From the IMG/VR virus record IMGVR_UViG_3300025924_000001, positions 1 to 64,000 of that record: a stretch of 64,000 bases of DNA. One strand, written 5' to 3'. Made by a program: the position numbers and the translations under genes. Origin of the DNA: a virus. Lineage: Duplodnaviria > Caudoviricetes. Positions 53,586 to 63,697 of the stretch are shown here, one piece after another (positions within the stretch are counted from its first letter, which is position 1; every line of letters begins with the position of its first letter). The notes under the pieces were generated by a model. That model ran no database searches. It had not been told where the DNA came from and saw only the letters and a program-made list of their open reading frames with translations.

Positions 53586-56500
53586 TCAGTCCGTCGTCTT
53601 GTTGAGGTGATCGCTGCCGTGGTGAATCTGGAACGAGTGCGCCTCGTCCCACGGCCCGACCACGGAGTGGACGGTGCCGACGTACGCGTTGAGGGGCTTG
53701 CCGAGGCGCTGGGCGGCCAGGGCGCGGTGGTGACCGTCGATCACCTTGAGCTTGGGGTCACCGGGGGTGTCGACGAGGATCGCGGGGTGCAGGGTTTCGC
53801 CGGCCCTCAGTCGCTCCACGAAGCGGTCGACGGCGGCGGCCTCGTGGTGAGCCGCCCACCGAGCCTCGTTGCTGAAGTCGAGCAGGCTCGTGGGGACGTC
53901 GGTGGGGCCAACCCACCTCGCGTCGTCAACCCACGCGTAGCCCTCAGCGCTGAAGTTCCGGCTCATCAAGGCCGCGACCTCGTCGGCGGTCGCCGATCGC
54001 GTCCCATCCAGGTAGGTGTCTCGACCCAGCGCGCTGAGCACGAGCTGCAGGTCGTCACGGAGCTCGGCGCGAACCGAGGGGTTGTCGACCAGGTGAGCCG
54101 GGTCCCACCACGCGAGCGCCTCAACCTGGTCCCCGTCGGGGTCGTCGGGGTTGGTGACGCGGTCGCGGCCGTCGAAGATCGGCACGTCGGCCTCGGACGC
54201 AACCTCGTAGACGAAGCCCAGCCAGCGACCGCTCTCCGTTCCCCAACCGGGAACGAACCGCCCGACGGGGAGGACGCAGCCGGTCTCCTCCTGCCACTCC
54301 CGAACCGCGGCGCTGCGCGGCTGCTCACCGGGTTCCAGGCAGCCGCCGGGAAACTCCCACGTGCCGGCGGCCCGGTCGGGCGGCTCAGTTCCGACGAGGT
54401 CGGACACGCTCTGGTCACCGTAGGGCACGTCGTGGCTGATGGAGCCGTCGGCGTGGGACCACCAGTCACCGCTGTCCAGCCCCCACGCGAGCGGCAGACC
54501 GCAGGGGCAGTGCGTGGGACCAACCGCGCGCTGCAGCATGAGCACGCGACCGGTGTCGGCGGCGCGCACCGCGAGCCCGGCGGCGACGCAGGCGCCCTTG
54601 GTCGCGGTGCGACCCTCCCACCGGTCGCACACGTCGATCAGGTCGATCGAGCCCCACACGAGGTCGCACTCGTGGGTGTCGAGGTGGAACATCACGCAGG
54701 TGCCGCAGGATCGAGCGCGGCTCTCAGCCGGCCGGTAGTGAACCGACTCCTTGGACACCTTGACGCGCTTGCCGAGATCGCTCACGCTCGGCGCGCGGCC
54801 CCGGTCGTTCACGTCACCGGGAACGTCGCTGATCGCGGCCTGGCCGGCGCCGTGGCCACCCTGCGGCCAGTAGCCAGTGGGTCGCGCGTCGACGTCGGTT
54901 TGGTGGCCCTGGGTCAGGGGTACCCGGTCGTCGCGACCGCCGGAGGGGTGATGCGCTTGAGATCGGTCGGAACCATCGTAGAAGCCACCCATGTAGCCGT
55001 TGGGCGGCTGTGAGGTCCACCGTGGGGGCTCACCCCCGGCCGTGCCTCCCGGGACCCCACCGGGCACCTCGGTGCCGTCTCCCAGGTGCCGGACCGGGGA
55101 TCGACCGCCGCCGCCGGCCGCGTTGAGCGGCACGGCCGAGTCGATCCAGCTCTCCTGACCGTTGAGGCTGACCACGCGGCGGGTCGCCTTGACCACGCGG
55201 ATCGCGTCGTCGATCTCCAGGCCCTCAGCCAGGTGCTGAGCGATGCGAGCGAGCGCCGCCTGGTTGACGTTCCGCGGCACCCACGTGCTGACCTGCCGGC
55301 CCTTCTTGACGTGACGGCTCAAGGCCTCGAGCTCGCTGCTCACGGCCTTCGCGAGGGACGCCGCGTCCGCCTTCTTTGCGGGCGCGGCGGCCTGCGGCTT
55401 GGCCGCGGAGCGCGGCGGCGTCTTCTGGTCGCCGGTCGCCGAGGCGTGACCCGGCGTCTCGGGGTGCTGCGGTGCCGCTGCCTGGGTCGGAACGTCGGCC
55501 TGGCCGGTGCTCTGGGTCTGGGCGGTGCCGGTCGCGGTGACCGGCAGCTCCGGCTTCAGGCCCGACAGGGAGAGCTGGCCGGGGTCGCCGACACCGGGCT
55601 CGTCGGTCGTGCCAGCGGTGACCGCACCGAACGGCACGGGACCGTTCTTGCTGAGGAAGACGGGGCCGCTCGTCTCCGGTAGGCCCCACGGTTGCAGGTT
55701 GAGCTTGTCGCGGGCCTCGTCGACGCTGCGCAGCCCGTTCTCGACCTGCTTGATGAGCAGGTCGGTGATGAGGGCCTCGTCCTCCTCCGCCTCGAGGCCC
55801 TCGAAGACGAACTGCATGTCGTCCTGGCCACAGACGTACTCGAGGATGTTGTTGATGATGTCCGCGATGAACATGAGCGTCGGCTTGGTTGCCTTGCGCT
55901 CGCCCACGTTCTCGGCCATCTTCGCCATCTGGTGGGACGCGCCGGGCGACATCGACGTGCTGACCTTGGGGGCGATGCCCAGCTCCATGGGCATGATGTC
56001 GAACGCCATGCAGACCTGGGTCATGACGATCTCGTCGAACGCGTCGGCGAGCTGGACGCCGCGCTGCGGCTCCACCTTCGTCCCCGGCGGCAGAACAATG
56101 ATCTTATGGTGCCAGGCGGGGTCGCCGGCGAACGCGTTGAGCGCGTCCTGCAGCTCCCGAATCTGGTTCGGCGTCATGTTCTCGTCGCCGGGCGACATGT
56201 AGACGGCCGGGACGGTGCCCTCACGGAAGTAGTCGAGCTGGTAGCCCTGCTTCTGCAGCCCGGACAGAACGGGGATCATCGCGCGTTCGATGGGCGGGAA
56301 GCCGTACGGCGTCCACCGGCGAGGAACCATCGGCACATACAGCAGCTGGTCGCCCCGGAACTGACCGACCTCGCTGCCGCGGAGGCCGCCATCCTGGATG
56401 TCCATGTCCGTCAGCATTTTGATGAAATCGCTGCGGGGGACGCCGTAGAGGTACTGCTGGTAGGCCGGCGCCGGCGGAGCCGGGTAGCCGCCGTGCATGT

Positions 56501-57212
56501 CGTAGAGCGGGCGGATGGTCGGGCCGCTGATCAGGTTCAGGCTGTCGAGGTCGCTGCCGAGCAGGCCCTTCCGCATGCCACGGCCGCGCTTCGGCCGGAG
56601 GAACAGGGACAGGGCGTCGAACACGAACACCTCCTCGAGGAAGGCGTCGATGAACGTGCTCCAGCTGTAGTAGTCCGGGTCGGGCCGCTTGAAGAACTTC
56701 TTGGCCTTGGCGCGGCGCTCACCGAAATCCTTGAACCACGCCTTGTCGCCGCGGTTTGCCTTGGCGGCCTCCTGCGTGGGCAGGATGTCCCACTCGAGGC
56801 CGCGGATCTCCGACTTGCGAAGCTGAATGCAGGCCCGGGCCACGGAGTAGAGATCGGCGAGGGTCCGCAGGGTACTGAAGCTAGCGAGCTTGAGGCCCTC
56901 CGAGCCGGGCGTGCCGACGGGGAGGTTCCACCCGACGCGGTACTCCTCGCGGCGAGGGTCGGCGCGGCCGGACGCGGGATCCGGCTCGTCGACCGGCACC
57001 GGCAGGATCGGGCTGAACGGCCCGAACGCGCCCTGCGTGAAGGTCGCGGTTGGCCGTGGCAGGAAGCCGGCGTAGGCGTTGGCGTAGCCGTGCTGGTCAG
57101 CCAGCTGCATCGCGAGCGGTGAGATCGCGCCGGTGCCCTGCGGCGGTGGCGTGGGTCGGGCGCCGCCGGGTGAGTACCGCGCGGCGCGCAGGATGGACCT
57201 AGTTGACGCCAC
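53586..57212 (-). CDS. portal protein with C-terminal HiPIP-like, NUDIX and ParB-like domains
   Basis: portal motifs (LRTLA, YGFPPIE, YFREGTVP, PMELG, SVDEAR..L.L.P); CxxC-x8-C-x12-CxxW; GGxxEPGExxxxAAxRExxEETG; IDGHHR. Confidence 0.88.
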   Translation of the reverse strand: MASTRSILRAARYSPGGARPTPPPQGTGAISPLAMQLADQHGYANAYAGFLPRPTATFTQGAFGPFSPILPVPVDEPDPASGRADPRREEYRVGWNLPVGTPGSEGLKLASFSTLRTLADLYSVARACIQLRKSEIRGLEWDILPTQEAAKANRGDKAWFKDFGERRAKAKKFFKRPDPDYYSWSTFIDAFLEEVFVFDALSLFLRPKRGRGMRKGLLGSDLDSLNLISGPTIRPLYDMHGGYPAPPAPAYQQYLYGVPRSDFIKMLTDMDIQDGGLRGSEVGQFRGDQLLYVPMVPRRWTPYGFPPIERAMIPVLSGLQKQGYQLDYFREGTVPAVYMSPGDENMTPNQIRELQDALNAFAGDPAWHHKIIVLPPGTKVEPQRGVQLADAFDEIVMTQVCMAFDIMPMELGIAPKVSTSMSPGASHQMAKMAENVGERKATKPTLMFIADIINNILEYVCGQDDMQFVFEGLEAEEDEALITDLLIKQVENGLRSVDEARDKLNLQPWGLPETSGPVFLSKNGPVPFGAVTAGTTDEPGVGDPGQLSLSGLKPELPVTATGTAQTQSTGQADVPTQAAAPQHPETPGHASATGDQKTPPRSAAKPQAAAPAKKADAASLAKAVSSELEALSRHVKKGRQVSTWVPRNVNQAALARIAQHLAEGLEIDDAIRVVKATRRVVSLNGQESWIDSAVPLNAAGGGGRSPVRHLGDGTEVPGGVPGGTAGGEPPRWTSQPPNGYMGGFYDGSDRSQAHHPSGGRDDRVPLTQGHQTDVDARPTGYWPQGGHGAGQAAISDVPGDVNDRGRAPSVSDLGKRVKVSKESVHYRPAESRARSCGTCVMFHLDTHECDLVWGSIDLIDVCDRWEGRTATKGACVAAGLAVRAADTGRVLMLQRAVGPTHCPCGLPLAWGLDSGDWWSHADGSISHDVPYGDQSVSDLVGTEPPDRAAGTWEFPGGCLEPGEQPRSAAVREWQEETGCVLPVGRFVPGWGTESGRWLGFVYEVASEADVPIFDGRDRVTNPDDPDGDQVEALAWWDPAHLVDNPSVRAELRDDLQLVLSALGRDTYLDGTRSATADEVAALMSRNFSAEGYAWVDDARWVGPTDVPTSLLDFSNEARWAAHHEAAAVDRFVERLRAGETLHPAILVDTPGDPKLKVIDGHHRALAAQRLGKPLNAYVGTVHSVVGPWDEAHSFQIHHGSDHLNKTTD

Positions 57213-57402
57213 CGGTGACCCCCGTCTCAGCCTCGGCCCAGAGCTCGCGCTGCAGCCGTCGCGCCGTGACCTTGACCTCGTTCTTGAGCGCCTTCGCGCT
57301 CGCGTACCCCAGCGCCCTCGCGATCTCGGCCCACGTGGCGCCCCGCTCCTGCGCGTCGTTGATCAGGCGCAGCTTGAGCATGAGCTCGTCACGTGGGGTC
57401 AC
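57199..57402 (-). CDS. small HTH protein
   Basis: GATWAEIARALG. Confidence 0.65.
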   Translation of the reverse strand: MTPRDELMLKLRLINDAQERGATWAEIARALGYASAKALKNEVKVTARRLQRELWAEAETGVTGGVN

Positions 57403-57412
57403 GGGGCTCCTC

Positions 57413-58183
57413 TCACGAGCAGTAGGCGTAGAACGTGGGGCCGATCGCGGTGGGCGCGATGTAGGTGGTCGTTCCCACGGTTCCGGGCGTGCTCAACCCG
57501 GTGCTGCTGGTGCCGCCGAGCAGCGGCGTCGGCACGTTGGCGCCGGTGATGAACTGAGCTGAGGGGCTGAACGTGGGCGCGAGGACGCTCGGCCTCGTCC
57601 CGGAGAAGTTGAACATGAGCCCGATGTAGTGCTGACCCGTCGTGCGAGACTGGTATTGGCTGGCGAGTGCGAGCTTGTACCACGTGTTCGCGGCGACCGG
57701 CGTCGTCAGCTGGTCCGCGGTCACGGCCCGCAGCTGATAGGACGAGTTGAGGATGCAGGCCCACCAGTTGAGGGGACCGACGCCGGAGGTTGAGCCGGTG
57801 CAGAACCCGATGTTGCTCAGGGTCATGCCGGCGGTGAGGGTGATCGACATGAGGTACAGGGTGGCGTTGTTGGGGGTGCTCGGCACGCCGACCGTGTAGC
57901 GGTGGCAGGTCTCGGTGATCGCACCCGGCGTCGGCGCGGACTGATCGAGCGAGGGTGACTGCATCGTGTAGACGGCGCCGGTGCTGTCCTTGACGAACAG
58001 GCCGCCGCCGTACGCGAAGACCACGCTTCCATCCGGCGTGCCAGGCTGGGTCGGCAGGTTCGGCAGGTAGTGCTGCTGCGAGGTGAAAGCGGTGCCCGGT
58101 CGCACCTGAACGTCGTTGTCGAACCAGGTTCCCGACTTGATGAGCTGCGTGCCGGGAGGCGCGCTGCTGTCGGCTCCGCTCAC
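57413..58183 (-). CDS. putative virion beta protein
   Basis: Thr/Gly/Ser-rich; resembles the C-terminal domain of 58524..59924. Confidence 0.55.
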   Translation of the reverse strand: MSGADSSAPPGTQLIKSGTWFDNDVQVRPGTAFTSQQHYLPNLPTQPGTPDGSVVFAYGGGLFVKDSTGAVYTMQSPSLDQSAPTPGAITETCHRYTVGVPSTPNNATLYLMSITLTAGMTLSNIGFCTGSTSGVGPLNWWACILNSSYQLRAVTADQLTTPVAANTWYKLALASQYQSRTTGQHYIGLMFNFSGTRPSVLAPTFSPSAQFITGANVPTPLLGGTSSTGLSTPGTVGTTTYIAPTAIGPTFYAYCS

Positions 58184-58524
58184 GGTTCCTCGGTCTCCTC
58201 GCTGGGATCGTCGACGTCCTCGGGATAGACCACGCGGCTCGCGTCCCAGGTCGGCCAGTACGTGAACTCGGTGACGTCACCGTCGCCGTTGAGCTTGCCG
58301 CTCGCGAGCCTGGGGCACGCGGGGGTTGAGGAGCCGGCGTGGATGCCGGCGCAGAAGCGGCAGAGGCCGCCGTCGGCGGCGACCTTCTCGAGCTCCTCGC
58401 GCTCAGCCCGGCTGATCGGCAGGCGAGGTTGGCTGCCGAGCAGGCGCTGTGCGCTGCTGACCGCGGCGAGCGCGGCGAGGTCGAGCTGCGAGTGCGGTGA
58501 GGGGCTCGCGCCGGGCATCGTCAT
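58180..58524 (-). CDS. hypothetical Zn-binding protein
   Basis: CRFCAGIH...ACPR. Confidence 0.6.
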   Translation of the reverse strand: MTMPGASPSPHSQLDLAALAAVSSAQRLLGSQPRLPISRAEREELEKVAADGGLCRFCAGIHAGSSTPACPRLASGKLNGDGDVTEFTYWPTWDASRVVYPEDVDDPSEETEEP

Positions 58525-59924
58525 CAGTACGCTCCCACGAGGGGAATGAAGCCGGTGTTGGTGCCGACGCTGGTTGGGTTGAATGACGCCGGTAAACCAG
58601 ACTGGCCGTTGAGATAGAACGAGCGACGGTTGCCGGCGTTGCTGACGCCGAGGCCGAGCCACGGGGCGTTGAGGTCGTTGGCGCCGAGCGCGTACGGGAC
58701 GTTGACGCCCGTGAAGCCACCGAGGATGTAGAGGATGTAGACGAAGCGGCCGGTTCCCTGCGCGGCGACCGTGGTGATGCCGCCGCTGGTCCAGCCCGCG
58801 AGGTTCCACAGGTTGTTGTCGTTGGGCGACACCTGCAGCTGCGTGCCGCTGTCGTTGTAGATGCCGAGCTGGTTGGGCACCGCGGAGGAAGAGTAGGTGC
58901 CACCGGTCCGCACGGCCGCGACGAGCGTTGACAGCGCGGTGTTGGCCGGCACGTAACACCGCGCACCGAAGACGGTGCCGCTGGCGAGACCGGAGATGTT
59001 CTGGAACAGCATCGGGTCATCGCTCGCGGTCAGCAGGCCATAGCCGCTGAGGGGGTAGACGGGTCCACCGGCCGCGGCTGGTGCGGCCCACTTGACGCCG
59101 ACGGTCTGAGCGGCGTCCGCGGTGAGGACGAAGGTGTCGGTGCCGACCGGGAGGTGGACGGGCGCGCCGCCACTGATCGCGACGATCAGGTCACCCTTGG
59201 CGGTGAGGAGCGTGTTCTCGATGGCGTTGACGATGCGGCTGTCGTTGCCGGCCGCCACGGTTCCACCCGTGGTTCCCACGTTCAGGGTTGCGGCCCCACC
59301 GAGCCCCAGGCTGCCTCGGGCCCCGGTGACGCTGACGACGTCCGACAAGTTGTTGGCTGCCTGCAGGGACCCAGTGATGCGAGAGTCGTTCCCGGCTGCG
59401 ACCGTCCCAGCGGTCGTACCGACGCTCAACACCGCAGCGCCGCCGAGACCGAGGTTCGCGCGAGACCCGCTCGGACTGGCCACGTCGGACAGGTTGTTCG
59501 CGGCCTGGAGCGCGCCAGTGATGCGGCCGTCGTTGCCGGCGGCCGCAGTGCTCGAGCTCGTGCCGAGCTGGTAGAGCTGGTACCAGATCGCGGCGTTGGT
59601 CACGACGCTCTCGGCGACGAAGTACGCGGACGTGCTCGTGTTGAGCCACACCGACGTGATCGAGTAGCCCTGGGTGCCGTCGTCCGTCGCGGTGGGGTTT
59701 CGCGTCGCGGTGAAGTTGTTCTGAACGCCACTTCCGCCGCCGAACGGGGTGGGTGCCGGCCAGGCGCCGTTGGCCTTGGGACCATAGAACACGGACGTGT
59801 TGGACGTGTTGAGGTAGAAGTCGCCGTTGAAACCGAGCGAGTTGCTGGGGGCTCCCACCCCGGACAGCCAGCCGGTGCCGCGGGGACCGGAGGTGCCAGC
59901 GGTCGTGATGGTGACGTTGACCAC
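58524..59924 (-). CDS. fibre-like virion protein with [10 protein letters not shown] repeats
   Basis: GAPS..LG..GDFYL..YGPK..GAW N-terminus; two to three ~40-aa repeats ([28 protein letters not shown]). Confidence 0.75.
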   Translation of the reverse strand: MVNVTITTAGTSGPRGTGWLSGVGAPSNSLGFNGDFYLNTSNTSVFYGPKANGAWPAPTPFGGGSGVQNNFTATRNPTATDDGTQGYSITSVWLNTSTSAYFVAESVVTNAAIWYQLYQLGTSSSTAAAGNDGRITGALQAANNLSDVASPSGSRANLGLGGAAVLSVGTTAGTVAAGNDSRITGSLQAANNLSDVVSVTGARGSLGLGGAATLNVGTTGGTVAAGNDSRIVNAIENTLLTAKGDLIVAISGGAPVHLPVGTDTFVLTADAAQTVGVKWAAPAAAGGPVYPLSGYGLLTASDDPMLFQNISGLASGTVFGARCYVPANTALSTLVAAVRTGGTYSSSAVPNQLGIYNDSGTQLQVSPNDNNLWNLAGWTSGGITTVAAQGTGRFVYILYILGGFTGVNVPYALGANDLNAPWLGLGVSNAGNRRSFYLNGQSGLPASFNPTSVGTNTGFIPLVGAY

Positions 59925-59936
59925 CCGTGGTCCTCC

Positions 59937-60311
59937 CTAGGGCTGCGCGACCGTGCGGCCGTAGAAGACGCCGGCGACGAGCGCCGTGGCGTCGCTCAGG
60001 TTGGGGTCCATCCAGAGCGTGTAGCTCGCGCCGTACTCCGAGAGCAGGTTGGTCGCCGTGGGGGTCAGAACGACCTGCAGGGTCGACGTGCTGCTCGTGA
60101 CGGTGATCGTGCCGGCGCTCGTGGAGGCGGTGCTGTTGACGAGGAAGACGGTTGCGCCGGACTGGTTGCTGCGAACGACGAGCTCAAACGTCTTGTTGGT
60201 GATGTTCGTCAGGGAGCCGTCGTCGTTGGTGACCTGGTAGCTCTGCGCCCACTGCGAGCCGATGGGTGCGATGGCCTGGAAGAAGTTGGGCAGGGGAGCC
60301 GGCTGGGTCAC
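59937..60311 (-). CDS. BppU-like/Ig-like virion protein
   Basis: GT.TV...LQVVLTPTAT..L...Y.L pattern. Confidence 0.5.
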   Translation of the reverse strand: MTQPAPLPNFFQAIAPIGSQWAQSYQVTNDDGSLTNITNKTFELVVRSNQSGATVFLVNSTASTSAGTITVTSSTSTLQVVLTPTATNLLSEYGASYTLWMDPNLSDATALVAGVFYGRTVAQP

Positions 60312-61810
60312 GCGGCCTCCTCGATGCCGGCCCCGCAGTGCGGGCACTTGTCGCGGGCGACGCCGCCGCTGGTCTTGGTGAACGGCTTCTCGCACCGGTG
60401 GCACTTGACGACGCCGTAGGCGTCGAGCCACGAGCCGCCGATGAGGTCCTTGAGGTCGTAGAACGCCCAGACGCAGGCGTCCATTCGGTCCGGGGACTCG
60501 GGGTCACCCGGCGCCCAGGTACACATCTCGTCCTCGAGCTGGGGGAAGATCCCCACGTGGTGGATGCGGTGCTGCTCGTAGAGGGCGGAGACGGGCTCGG
60601 CGCGGGTGTTCTTGCCGCGGCTCGCCCGCACCGATCGGAACGACACGTTGTTGTCGACGGCGCGAAGGACCGTGCCGATGTAGTCGCCGCCGTTGTTGAC
60701 CTCGGCGACGATCCGGTCGGCCTCGAACTCGTGGTAGGCGTCCACGGCGCGGCGCATGCACTGCTGTGGGGTGCCGCGCATCGTGTAGTCGGCGAGGACG
60801 TAGCCGTTTCCCTCGCGGTCCGCGGCCGCGACGACGATGCCGGTGAGGTCGCTGGTCTCGCCGCTCGTGACGGAGGGGTCGACGCCGACGACGACGCGCA
60901 CCAGGTCGAGGTTCTCGCGGGCCTCAACGGGTAGACGGTCGTTCTCGAGCCACTCGCGCTTCCACAGGGCGTTGTCCCGGTTCTCGAGGATCTCGGCGTC
61001 GAGCTCCTGCAGGCCGAGCTGGGTGCCGAGCATCGGGGCGATGACGTTGGCCTTGTAGCTGTCGCTGAGGTTCTCGAGGTTGTCGACGGTGCGGCCGCGG
61101 GTGACGATGACGTTGTCGCGCTGCATGAGCCCCGGCGTCGCGAGCTTCGTGTCGGAGACACGGAGCAGGGCCACGGGGCGGGGCGTGGTGGCGACGACGA
61201 TCCGGCTCACGTAGTCGAGCGGCCAGTCGGGGCGGCGGGGAAGGCGGGTCGCGATGGTCAGGTTGGACCACGTGGTGTCGGCCGCGGTGCCCTTGTGGGC
61301 GTCGGCCCAGAAGCAGGACTCGTCGCCCCACCCGAAGTGAAACTGCGGACCGCGGAGCTGCCAGGGCTTCTCCGCGGAGTACGTGAAGAACTTGCTGCCG
61401 TTCTCGAGGTAGAGCTCACCGAGGGAGCGGTTCCACGCGCCGTTGATCTTGCCGCCGCGGAGCTCGGTCTGCTTGAAGCAGTTGAGCAGCCCCGAGTCGC
61501 CCTCGATCATGGTGTCGCGGGTGTCGCCGATGGTGCGGGCGACGAGCGCGATGCGGCAGCCGGGGTACCGCCGGGCCTTCTCCGCCATGAGCTCGGCGGC
61601 GGTGCGGGACTTGCCCCAGCCACGGCCGGCGAGGATCAGCCAGACGAACCAGTTTCCCTCGGGCTCGAGCTGGTCGGGGCGGGCGGTCTCGCGCCAGGTG
61701 CGCTTGTGACCGTCACCGTTGTCGATGTCGGTCTTCTTCTGCTGCAGCTCGCGGAGGCGACGCAGCTTGTCGAGCTTGACCTCCAGGAGAGTGTCGACCA
61801 CGGCGCTCAC
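60308..61810 (-). CDS. terL: terminase large subunit
   Basis: AGRGWGKS, LRGPQ, WGDE, TTPRP, GVDPS, KxxRAEP, SPDRMDA; C-terminal Zn ribbon. Confidence 0.95.
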   Translation of the reverse strand: MSAVVDTLLEVKLDKLRRLRELQQKKTDIDNGDGHKRTWRETARPDQLEPEGNWFVWLILAGRGWGKSRTAAELMAEKARRYPGCRIALVARTIGDTRDTMIEGDSGLLNCFKQTELRGGKINGAWNRSLGELYLENGSKFFTYSAEKPWQLRGPQFHFGWGDESCFWADAHKGTAADTTWSNLTIATRLPRRPDWPLDYVSRIVVATTPRPVALLRVSDTKLATPGLMQRDNVIVTRGRTVDNLENLSDSYKANVIAPMLGTQLGLQELDAEILENRDNALWKREWLENDRLPVEARENLDLVRVVVGVDPSVTSGETSDLTGIVVAAADREGNGYVLADYTMRGTPQQCMRRAVDAYHEFEADRIVAEVNNGGDYIGTVLRAVDNNVSFRSVRASRGKNTRAEPVSALYEQHRIHHVGIFPQLEDEMCTWAPGDPESPDRMDACVWAFYDLKDLIGGSWLDAYGVVKCHRCEKPFTKTSGGVARDKCPHCGAGIEEAA

Positions 61811-61842
61811 CCCCGCTGTTGACCTGAAGTCAGCCTAGATCG

Positions 61843-62394
61843 TTAGGTCAGGTTGATCCGCTTGGCCTCCGCGAGCTCCGCCTCGAGCTTCGCGATCTCC
61901 GCGTCGACGCTGTCGACGGTGAGGATCTCGGCCTTGGTGGGCGCGTCGAGCCCGAGGAGCCGCGCGCGCCGTTCCTTGATCTTGAGGATGCGGTCGACGA
62001 TCTCCATCAGGAGGCGCTTGTCCGGGACCGCGAACCCCTCCTCATCGACGATGATCCGACCCTGCTGCACGAGGCGGGGGTTGGCCTGCAGCTCGCGCCA
62101 GCAGATCGCCTCGAGCTCGTCGTAGCTCTGCAGCTCGAGCGCCCGGGTCTCATCCGCGGCGAATCGCACGGCGCGGGCCATGGCTCGCTTGACCGCGGCG
62201 CCGGCGCGGTCCGGTGAGGGACCGCTCTCTCGCTTGCCGTCGACCCACAGCTCGAGCCGTACCGCGATCTGCTCGAGGGACCAACCGAGCGCCTTGAGGC
62301 GCGCGGCCTCGGAGTCACGGGCGCGGCCGTAGCTGTCGACGGGGCCGATGGGCAGGGGGACCAGGAGCTGGTCGTCACCGTTGCGGTCGCTCAC
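61843..62394 (-). CDS. terS: terminase small subunit
   Basis: HTH GWSLEQIA, ERRARLLGLDAP; immediately upstream of terL. Confidence 0.75.
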   Translation of the reverse strand: MSDRNGDDQLLVPLPIGPVDSYGRARDSEAARLKALGWSLEQIAVRLELWVDGKRESGPSPDRAGAAVKRAMARAVRFAADETRALELQSYDELEAICWRELQANPRLVQQGRIIVDEEGFAVPDKRLLMEIVDRILKIKERRARLLGLDAPTKAEILTVDSVDAEIAKLEAELAEAKRINLT

Positions 62395-62426
62395 CGGGCC
62401 TCCTCGTTGGTCGTTCAGTTGACACA

Positions 62427-62467
62427 GGACAGCCCCACCTCTCGGGGGTGGAGAGGTGGGGCTGTCC
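62427..62467. terminator. stem-loop after Rpf gene
   Basis: perfect 17-bp inverted repeat GGACAGCCCCACCTCTC/GAGAGGTGGGGCTGTCC. Confidence 0.8.
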
Positions 62468-62486
62468 CGTTGAGCCGTCGCGATCC

Positions 62487-63212
<726 letters not shown>

Positions 63213-63352
63213 TCACCCGCTGACGTCGCCATCGACGCGCTGGGGTGCTGACCGCAACCACCGGCTTCCGTGTCTCGTGAGACAGGTCACCTCTTGGCGA
63301 TAGTATACCTCGTCACAACGGACGTTGCCATCAACCGGTGCTTGCGGTCCAA

Positions 63353-63381
63353 AACCTACCAACCATTGAAGATCAAGTAAA
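63353..63381 (-). promoter_or_regulatory. promoter TTTACT-N17-TAGGTT upstream of Rpf/late region (second -10 TATACT at 63307-63302)
   Basis: variant of the shared motif in an AT-rich intergenic stretch. Confidence 0.6.
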
Positions 63382-63406
63382 CAGTTGAGGTACGATTAAT
63401 ATCAAA

Positions 63407-63697
63407 TCAGTCCGCGACGCCCGTGAGGGCTGCGATCTTGTCGTACGCCTCGATCAGGTTCTCAGCCAGGTAGACCCGGATGTGTCGCCGCCTCGACCCG
63501 TTGTGGCGCTTCCCCGCCGGCTCCAGACCTGCCAGGTGGATCAGGTTCCGAACCTGGCCCTCGGTGAGCCTCGGCGGCCCGAGCAGGCTGGCCGCGTCGA
63601 ACACCGACCAGTACCTGGGATCGAGCAGGGGAACGACCTCGAGGTCCCTGGAGGACCAGCCGCGTCGCGGCTGGTTGGTCTTGTCTTCATCACTCAC
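63407..63697 (-). CDS. MerR-like HTH protein
   Basis: WSVFDAASLL...EGQVRNLI...VY. Confidence 0.6.
   Translation of the reverse strand: MSDEDKTNQPRRGWSSRDLEVVPLLDPRYWSVFDAASLLGPPRLTEGQVRNLIHLAGLEPAGKRHNGSRRRHIRVYLAENLIEAYDKIAALTGVAD

Noticed and set aside
50433-55013. 1526-aa plus-strand ORF, and other long antisense ORFs (e.g. 4658..6094, 11590..13290, 15884..17533, 36813..38618, 48866..50659, 55692..57122)
   Set aside because: They are antisense shadows of real genes in high-GC DNA, with no recognisable motifs; the opposite strand has clear domains and coupled starts.
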